This document shows positions 12,244-19,465 of a stretch of DNA of 64,000 nucleotides, one piece after another. Below the pieces are notes generated by a model that was not told the origin of the DNA, made no database searches, and was given only the letters and a program-made list of their open reading frames with translations. The position numbers and the translations under genes are program-made. The stretch is taken from the NCBI GenBank assembly GCA_965112155.1, contig OZ218104.1, one strand, 5' to 3'. Every line of letters begins with the position of its first letter. The first letter of the stretch is position 1. Source of the DNA: Podarcis liolepis. Its lineage: Eukaryota.

Positions 12244-12738
12244 AATGACAGGCAGGGACAAAGAAAACAAATGAGTGTAAAAGATACGCCGCCGCTGCCC
12301 ATTTTTTATTATTTATTTCTAAAAAATATTTATACACCACTACGTCATTAAAAATATATCAAAGCTGCTTACAGCAATAAAATTTAAAACCGCACAATAA
12401 AACCCACAGAGAGTTAAAAACAGGTGTCAGTTAACCATTGTAAAATGCATTAGTGAAAAGGAAGCAGCCAAGGTCAGAGTCAGAAGTAAATTGGGGCTTA
12501 TGCTCTCTGTGTGTTTGAGATTGCAGCCTGCATTTCAATTGAAGGGGCTTGGGATCTAATCTGTATTCATCTGCCCACAATCAGTATAACCTACCTCACA
12601 GGGTGGGTGTAAGTATACAGTGGTGGCGTGTATGCAACTGTCTTAAGAACTTTAGGGGAAAGGTAAATTTCTTTAAAAGTATATATATAATTACCTGGGA
12701 TATCTTGGTTCAAATACCTGCTGAATCATGAAGTTCAT

Positions 12739-12993
12739 GAGAGCCAGTGTGGTGTAGTGGTTAAGAGCGGTAGTCACGTAATCTGGGAAACCGGGTTCGT
12801 GTCTCCACTCCTCCACATGCAGCTGCTGGGTGACCTTGGGCCAGTCACACTTCTGTGAAGTCTCTCAGCCCCACTCACCTCACAGAGTGTTTGTTGTGGG
12901 GGAGGAAGGGAAAGGAGAATGTTAGCCGCTTTGAGACTCCTGAAGGGGAGTGAAAGGTGGGATATCAAATCCAAACTCCTCTTCTTCTTCTTC
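12739..12993 (+). mobile_element. tRNA-derived CORE-type SINE (Squam3-like)
   Basis: A box TGGTGTAGTGG, B-box-like GGTTCG, CORE-like GCTGGGTGACCTTGGGCCAGTCAC ... CCTCACAGAGTGTTTGTTGTG, (CTT)n tail. Confidence 0.8.
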
Positions 12994-14108
12994 ATTAGGT
13001 AACCCTAAGCCAATCACTTTTTGTTAGCTAGACTACAGCCACAAGAGATTGACTTTACATCCTTGGTGAAAGGGTGGGCTAAAAATAATAGGCAGCTCAA
13101 ATATTCTCCTTATTTTCAAATTGTGGTGTGTGATGGAGGGGTGGTCTCCAGCATTAAACTGAAACGCACCCTGTAGAAACTCAGATTCATTTCCACTTGT
13201 CTGAAAAATCCCACTCGGTACTTTTGCAGCCAATGATTTATTGTATATTGTTTTACAAAGCCTTGTGGGACTCACTTCTGACAAACCTTGTTTCAAATGG
13301 AGTCTTGTTGATAGAATAAAACACACATTTTCTGTCTGAGATGTATACACACATGAGGGATATATAATATCTAAACATTTTATTCCAATAATTAATAAAT
13401 AAATAAATAAATAAATAAGAAAGAAAGATTCCTTTCAGAATGTGAAACAGTAGAGATGGAATAAGGTGTTTGGGTCTATAATGTGCAACTACCAAGGGGT
13501 AAGGTCTGCACATCCACAGTGATGAGTAAATGGTAGCTTTGCAGAACTGACCCAATATTTTTTGGTTCCTGAGGCAAAAGACAAGAGGATGCTCCACCCG
13601 CATCCCATGTACAAAGCTTACTTCAGTACTAGTGATGGGACAGCATCCTCTTCTACCACACCTGATGGCAGCAGGCTAACTTATGCAAGGCATACCACAT
13701 GGCACATGCTACACTGTCTTCCAGTAGCTTTCTGCCGCTTGTTCACTGCTCCTCCTGACTCGTGTTTACTCTCTTCTCAAGTACTGCAATGCAGCAGAGG
13801 AGGGATCAGCACGTGTCACGTAATCAGAGCACTGCATGCACACATATAATGACTCTTGGAAAGTGCTGACTTACCTGCTTCCTTCCTTGGCAAGTGACCT
13901 TTCTATAGTGCTGTCTATAGTCCACTGGGAAGGTGACTCAGTAGCCTGGTTCACATATGTTGCTAAACCATGGTTTATTGAACCTGTGAACCATGTCCAT
14001 CAGTTTTACTATGATTTGTTTACTGCCAACAAACCAAAATCTTAAGCTATGGGTTGTTGTTTACTTATGAGCCTTGGTTTGGTTTAACACTTGTTTGGAG
14101 TTACATGG

Positions 14109-14900
14109 TGTCAGGGGTTTAGGAGCAGAAGCACGGGCAAGGGAGGAAACAGAGAGCGAAGGGGAGGAGGCAGAAGAAAAGATGAGTGACGACGACGACC
14201 CGAGATCTCCTAGTCTTTCCAGTGAATCAGAGGATTCACAGAAAGGAGCACCAGTGGCGAGGGCAAGGGGGGAGTCTAGGGGGGCACCCCAGGAAGACAG
14301 AGCCAGAGAGGACTCAGGGGGGAGCAGCTGGAAATCGGGACCAGCGTCACCGCCAGGAAGCAGGGAAGAGGAAGGGAGCCAGGGGGGAAGCGCTGGCAGC
14401 TCACCACAGGAGGGAGGACATGAGTCAGGAGTGGCCACACCTCCACAGGAGGGAGGACATGAGTCGGGGATGGCCACACCTCCATCGGGGAGCGAAGAAA
14501 CGGTTGAGAGGAAAGTGGAAGGTTGGGCGCGCGCGCCAAGTTCAAATGCAGAGGAAGGCGGCGCAGTAAGCAGCCCCGAAAGAGAGCCAGGTCCTAAAGC
14601 CCGGCGCAAGGAGGCAGGAGGGTCTGGGTCAGCGTCAGAAGAATCCCGGAAGGAAGAAGCCCCGGGGGGTAGAGGGACCCAGAGGAGGACAGTCAGGAGG
14701 AAAAGGTGGAGCAAGGCTAGGATATTAAGTTGGTGCACACAGGGCGGAGACTCAGACGGAGCTTCGCCGACCTAGCTACTAGGCGTAGAGTTGCGCGCAG
14801 CAGCGTGAGAATGGAAACTGTAATTCAATAAAGACTTTTACTTAATGACCGCTGGCTAGCGTGATCCTCTGTGAGCTAGGATCTTCAAGCAGCTCTGACA
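14109..14900 (+). repeat. 5' LTR
   Basis: Starts TGTCAG, ends CTGACA; TATA-like TATTAA ~14723-14729, AATAAA 14827-14832; repeated at offset +5831. Confidence 0.97.
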
Positions 14901-14902
14901 GT

Positions 14903-14913
14903 AAGCTCCGTCT
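14903..14913 (+). promoter_or_regulatory. Self-priming primer binding site (non-tRNA)
   Basis: AAGCTCCGTCT is the exact reverse complement of AGACGGAGCTT at 14754-14764 in the LTR; there is no TGG-initial tRNA PBS after the LTR. Confidence 0.85.
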
Positions 14914-14990
14914 CCACTTGTGGGCATCTACAGCCTCGAGGAGGGGAGAGACACAGGTGCCTACTAGCAAGCTCACGAACGGCAGACGAC

Positions 14991-16055
14991 ATGACGGCTG
15001 AGCAGCAGATAGAGGAACTCAGAAACGCGGTGGCACAACTGAACGCCGAGGCTCTAGCATCCAGGAAGAGGGAGGAGGAAGCAGCCGCAGCCTGCAGGGA
15101 TCTCCAGGTCAGGTTAGACGTGCTGACAAAGCAGACACCCCGGCAGGAGGGCATTGGGTTGGCGAGACGGACAGGCGGGCTGGTCTCTCACTTCGATGGG
15201 AACCTGCAACAGTATCCCAACTTTAGAGCCGACGTACTGTGCGCACTGCAACTGCTGCATAAAGACTTTAGAGATGAACAAGAGAGAGTGGGGTTCATCA
15301 TGTCCCATCTGCATGGGGATGCGAGAGCATGGCTACGCAATTTATGGAGAGATAAGGATCCGGCGCTACAGAATGCAGATGCCTTTATTAAAGCAATGGA
15401 TGGGTGTTTTTTATCAAGTATTGACGTGGATCTTGCACGGAAGGAGGTGCATGGGCTGAGACAAGGGAGGGCCAGCGTCAGGCAGTACCATGCCCGCTTT
15501 TTCGCCTTGGTCAGTGCCCTGGAATGGGACAGAGATTCGGCTCCTGTAAGAGACCTCTTTTGGGAGGGGCTGCATAACTCGATTAAAGATGAGATCGCCA
15601 GGGGGGAGAGACCCCGAACCACCCAGGAGGTCGTTCAGAGGGCACTGGCAGTGGGGGTGAGGCTGGAAGGACGTCCGTGGAACAGGGACGAAGGGCGTGG
15701 AGGGCGCGAACCAGCCGGGGGCCCCTCCTTCTTTCCCAGGGAAGCAGCGCGGGCGCAATCCACGCCTCCGCCAGGAGGAGGAGCCGAACCTATGGAGGTG
15801 GGAGGTGCAAGGGCTCAGTCAGCAACCAGAGCCCTAGCACCAGCAGCAGTGAAAGCGAAGCCTCCTAGAGGGAACAGGAAGTGTTACGTCTGTGAGGAGC
15901 CAGGGCATATGGCGAAAGAGTGTCCCCAGAGGCCCCACAAGCTCACTGCAGCCTCAGCAATGGTGACTGCAGCAACACAGCAAGGAGGACCACAGCAGGG
16001 AAACGAGGCTGTCTGGCTGGAGGAAGAGGCACTGGGGCCCAGCCAGACGTGTTAG
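14991..16055 (+). CDS. gag: Gag (coiled coil, capsid, CCHC zinc knuckle), 354 aa
   Basis: Intact ATG ORF; capsid-like segments (FDGNLQQYPNF, LRQGRASVRQYHARF, FWEGL), EPMEVG motif, CYVCEEPGHMAKEC knuckle. Confidence 0.95.
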   Translation: MTAEQQIEELRNAVAQLNAEALASRKREEEAAAACRDLQVRLDVLTKQTPRQEGIGLARRTGGLVSHFDGNLQQYPNFRADVLCALQLLHKDFRDEQERVGFIMSHLHGDARAWLRNLWRDKDPALQNADAFIKAMDGCFLSSIDVDLARKEVHGLRQGRASVRQYHARFFALVSALEWDRDSAPVRDLFWEGLHNSIKDEIARGERPRTTQEVVQRALAVGVRLEGRPWNRDEGRGGREPAGGPSFFPREAARAQSTPPPGGGAEPMEVGGARAQSATRALAPAAVKAKPPRGNRKCYVCEEPGHMAKECPQRPHKLTAASAMVTAATQQGGPQQGNEAVWLEEEALGPSQTC

Positions 16056-16070
16056 TGACGCAGTCCCCAG
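15998..16070 (+). promoter_or_regulatory. -1 ribosomal frameshift signal (slippery heptamer plus stem/pseudoknot)
   Basis: G GGA AAC in the gag frame at 15998-16004; 6-nt spacer; 10-bp stem GTCTGGCTGG (16011-16020)/CCAGCCAGAC (16039-16048); pol is in the -1 frame. Confidence 0.85.
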
Positions 16071-19000
16071 CGATTTTACAGCCCGTGAACCCCCTCCCGC
16101 CCAAACCAGTAGTGAGGCTCACAGCGTCTCTCCAACTGCCCAATGGAATCACCATGGACGTGCCAATCACCATTGACTCAGGCAGCAATGCGGACTTTAT
16201 AGGGCAGGACTTTGTCGACAGGCACGCTGTGCAGTTGCTGCCGGCCACACTGCCCCTGCAGGTTGTCACGGTGGATGGCAGGGAGCTGCTCGGGGGGCAA
16301 GTGGTGAAGCAGACGCCACCAATGGTGATGCGACTTGGGAATCACAGAGAAATCATCAGCTTCAACGTCACTCGACTATCTGACACGCCCATTGTATTGG
16401 GCATGAGTTGGCTGGACAAGCACAGCCCAGCGATGGCTTGGTACCAGAGGCAGCTGACCTTCGGCTCTTCCTTTTGTGCTGAACACTGCATCGTGCCCAG
16501 GCAGGAAGGAGAGGAAGAGGAGTCACAGCTGCTGCTAGGCACGCTGCAAGCGATTCCACACAAGTACGCTGAATTTTTGGAAGTTTTCTGCGAGAAGGAG
16601 GCAGACAGGCTACCCCCTCACAGACCATATGACTGCAAAATTGACCTGCTGCCGGGGGCGGCGCTGCCTAAAGGGAAACTGTATTCCATGTCAGAGGACG
16701 AACTGCAGGAACTCAAAGAGTTCATTGACCATAATTTGCAACGCGGCTTCATCCGGGAGTCCAGGGCAGTGGGGGGCAGTCCCGTATTCTTTGTTAAGAA
16801 GCGGGACACGCCCCAGAAAAGACTGGTAGTGGATTACAGGATTTTGAACAGTCTGACTAGGCCATCGGACTTCCCCATGCCCCGTATTGACGACCTCCTC
16901 GCAAAGGTACGGAAGGGCAGAGTGTTCACCAAGTTGGACCTGCGGGGGGCGTACAACCTCATTCGCATGCGGGAAGGAGATGAGTGGAAGACAGCCATGT
17001 TCACGCCACTGGGGACCTACGAATATAGAGTTATGCCTTTTGGATTGCAAAATGGCTCCCACGTTTTTCAAGCGTTTATGCATCACGTGTTGGCGGGACT
17101 TCTCTACAAGACGTGCGTCTGTTTCTTAGATGACATCCTGATCTTTTCGGAGTCGCAGCAGGAGCATGACGGACACGTCAAGGAAGTGCTGAGCAGGCTA
17201 AAGCAACATAGGCTCTACGCCAAGCTGGAGAAGTGCCAATTTGACGTGCCGGAGGTGGATTTTCTGGGCTACAAGCTGTCTGACAAGGGGCTCGCCATGG
17301 ACAGCGCCAAGGTTCGAGCGGTGTTGGATTGGAAGAGTCCGCGCAACCGGAAGGAGGTCCAACGGTTTGTCGGCTTTGCGAACTTCTATCGCAAGTTTAT
17401 CAAGGGCTTCGCGATGCAGACAGCGGCCATCACTGACACGCTTAGCTCCAAGAAGAAGAAGTTCGTTTGGACAGCGCAAGCGGAGCAGTCCTTTCAGGCA
17501 CTCAAGCGTCTCTTCGCGTCGGAAGAGCAGCTGCTTCATGTCAACCCCAGCAAGCCGATGAGGGTGGAGACAGACGCCTCGGACAGAGCCGTGGGGGCGG
17601 TCCTGTTGCAGAAAGACCCGCAGGGGGTGTGGCGACCGGGAGCGTTTTACTCCAGGAAGCTCAGCAAGTCCGAACAGAACTACACCATCTGGGACAGGGA
17701 GTTGCTGGCCATTCACGCAGCGTTCAAGGCGTGGAGGCACTTTCTGATCGGCGCCAAGCACACGGTGCAGGTTTGCACGGACCACAAGAATCTAGAGCAC
17801 TGGCGCACGGCACAGTTCCTGAACCAGAGGCAGATACGTTGGGCTGAGTTCTTTGCAAACTTCGACTTCCGAATAGAGTATGTCCCGGGGGACACCAACA
17901 TCATGGCAGACGCTCTCTCCCGTAAGCCACAGTATCTGGAGGACGCAACGCCAGCGGCCGCCATGCACATCTTCGCACCAGCAGTGTGGGCGTGCGCCGC
18001 GGCGACCGTGGACCTAGAGGCGGTGCGACGTGCGTTGCAGGAGGACTCCTTCGCACAAGCAAAGATGGCAGAGGTGCAAAGGGGCAAGGCAGCGGCCGAC
18101 GGTTTCCGGCTACGAGATGGATTGCTCATCCGAAAAGGGGCCATCTACGTGCCGGGAGACGAACTTCGAGCCAAGGTGCTGCAGCAGCTGCACGACGCGC
18201 CCACGGCCGGGCACTTTGGCAAGGAGAAGACGGTGGAATTAGTAGCCAGGGATTTCTGGTGGCCTGGAATGAGAGGGGAGGTCGCAGACTACGTGGCGAG
18301 GTGCGACACCTGCCAGAGGGCCAAACCAGTGCACAAACCGCCGGCCGGACTGTTGGAACCGCTGCAAACTCCGGTCGAACCTTGGGAAAGGGTGGCTCTG
18401 GACTTTGTCACGGATCTGCCCAGCTCAAGGGGCAAGACGGCAGTGCTGGTGGTGGTGGACCTGTTTTCCAAGATGGCGCATTTCATTCCGTGTGCGAAGG
18501 TGGCCACGGCGGAGCAAACCGCCAAACTGTTCATAGACCACGTGTTCAAGGTTCATGGTCTGCCACGGTCTATTCTGTCCGACCGGGGGCGGCAGTTCAT
18601 CTCGAATTTCTGGCAGAAGCTGATGGGCTTCCTGAACGTCAAGATCAACCTGGCGTCGGCGAGACACCCGCAGACCAACGGGCAAGCGGAGCGGGTCAAT
18701 GCCATCATGCAGCAGTACCTGAGATGTTATGCAAATCAACAGCCTGCGACGTGGGTGGATTACCTACCGCTTGCCGAGTTCGCCTACAACAACACGAAGC
18801 ACGTGTCCACGGGGGTCACGCCGTTCTTCGCCAACAACGGGAGGCACCCAAGAACCTTCCCGGGACTGGAAAGAATGGGGGAGGGGGAGCCGCAGACAGC
18901 AGATGCGTTCGCGTCGGAGCTGCAGGAGGTCCACGATCAGCTGAGGCGCCACCTGGAGCTGGCCAAGCACGCATACAAGGTACAAGCGGACAAGCACAGA

Positions 19001-19465
19001 AGGGTTGGAGAAGAGCTCCACGTGGGAGACTGGGTTTGGTTAGCAGCCCACGCAGTGCCGGCCAGGTCGTTGGCCAAGAAGAAACTAGGGCATAAGCAAC
19101 TGGGGCCCTACCAAGTCGAAGAGCAGGTCAACCCGGTAGCTTTCAGACTGGCACTTCCGGAGGGTTCCAGAATGCATCCGGTATTCCACAGATCGGTGCT
19201 CACTCCCTACAAGGCACCGCACAGGTTCCAGGAACCCGGAACAGCGCCGAGTCCGGTCAGAGACAGAACAGGGCACGCGGAAGTGGCACAGAAGGAGCGC
19301 ATCAACGAAGTCACTGAGATTTTGGACTCCAGATGGGGGGAAGAGGGGGGTAGAATACTTTCTCGCCAAGGAGGGCACCCCGGCCAGTGCGAACAGCTGG
19401 GTGCCGGGCTACGCCTTGGACGAACCTCTCCTCAAAGACGAGTTTCATGCCCTCTTTCCCCATAG
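16004..19465 (+). CDS. pol: Pol polyprotein (protease, RT, RNase H, integrase, start of chromodomain); open frame 15920-19465, entered by -1 frameshift
   Basis: IDSGS protease; KLDLRGAYN, YRVMPFGL, FLDD RT; TDAS...RELLA...TDHKNL...ADALSR RNase H; HHCC, LDFVTDLP/SDRG/GQAERVN integrase; GPY motif; frame diverges from the chromodomain at the G runs 19335-19350. Confidence 0.95.
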   Translation, partial: RGCLAGGRGTGAQPDVLVTQSPAILQPVNPLPPKPVVRLTASLQLPNGITMDVPITIDSGSNADFIGQDFVDRHAVQLLPATLPLQVVTVDGRELLGGQVVKQTPPMVMRLGNHREIISFNVTRLSDTPIVLGMSWLDKHSPAMAWYQRQLTFGSSFCAEHCIVPRQEGEEEESQLLLGTLQAIPHKYAEFLEVFCEKEADRLPPHRPYDCKIDLLPGAALPKGKLYSMSEDELQELKEFIDHNLQRGFIRESRAVGGSPVFFVKKRDTPQKRLVVDYRILNSLTRPSDFPMPRIDDLLAKVRKGRVFTKLDLRGAYNLIRMREGDEWKTAMFTPLGTYEYRVMPFGLQNGSHVFQAFMHHVLAGLLYKTCVCFLDDILIFSESQQEHDGHVKEVLSRLKQHRLYAKLEKCQFDVPEVDFLGYKLSDKGLAMDSAKVRAVLDWKSPRNRKEVQRFVGFANFYRKFIKGFAMQTAAITDTLSSKKKKFVWTAQAEQSFQALKRLFASEEQLLHVNPSKPMRVETDASDRAVGAVLLQKDPQGVWRPGAFYSRKLSKSEQNYTIWDRELLAIHAAFKAWRHFLIGAKHTVQVCTDHKNLEHWRTAQFLNQRQIRWAEFFANFDFRIEYVPGDTNIMADALSRKPQYLEDATPAAAMHIFAPAVWACAAATVDLEAVRRALQEDSFAQAKMAEVQRGKAAADGFRLRDGLLIRKGAIYVPGDELRAKVLQQLHDAPTAGHFGKEKTVELVARDFWWPGMRGEVADYVARCDTCQRAKPVHKPPAGLLEPLQTPVEPWERVALDFVTDLPSSRGKTAVLVVVDLFSKMAHFIPCAKVATAEQTAKLFIDHVFKVHGLPRSILSDRGRQFISNFWQKLMGFLNVKINLASARHPQTNGQAERVNAIMQQYLRCYANQQPATWVDYLPLAEFAYNNTKHVSTGVTPFFANNGRHPRTFPGLERMGEGEPQTADAFASELQEVHDQLRRHLELAKHAYKVQADKHRRVGEELHVGDWVWLAAHAVPARSLAKKKLGHKQLGPYQVEEQVNPVAFRLALPEGSRMHPVFHRSVLTPYKAPHRFQEPGTAPSPVRDRTGHAEVAQKERINEVTEILDSRWGEEGGRILSRQGGHPGQCEQLGAGLRLGRTSPQRRVSCPLSP

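Noticed and set aside
14074-14775. 233-aa ORF in the 5' LTR as a separate gene
   Set aside because: It is the LTR copy of the tail ORF, starts at a TTG in flanking DNA and lies almost entirely upstream of the predicted TSS.
17986-19095. 369-aa alternative-frame ORF overlapping integrase
   Set aside because: GTG start, G/R/A-rich, no recognisable domain; typical shadow ORF of GC3-rich coding sequence.
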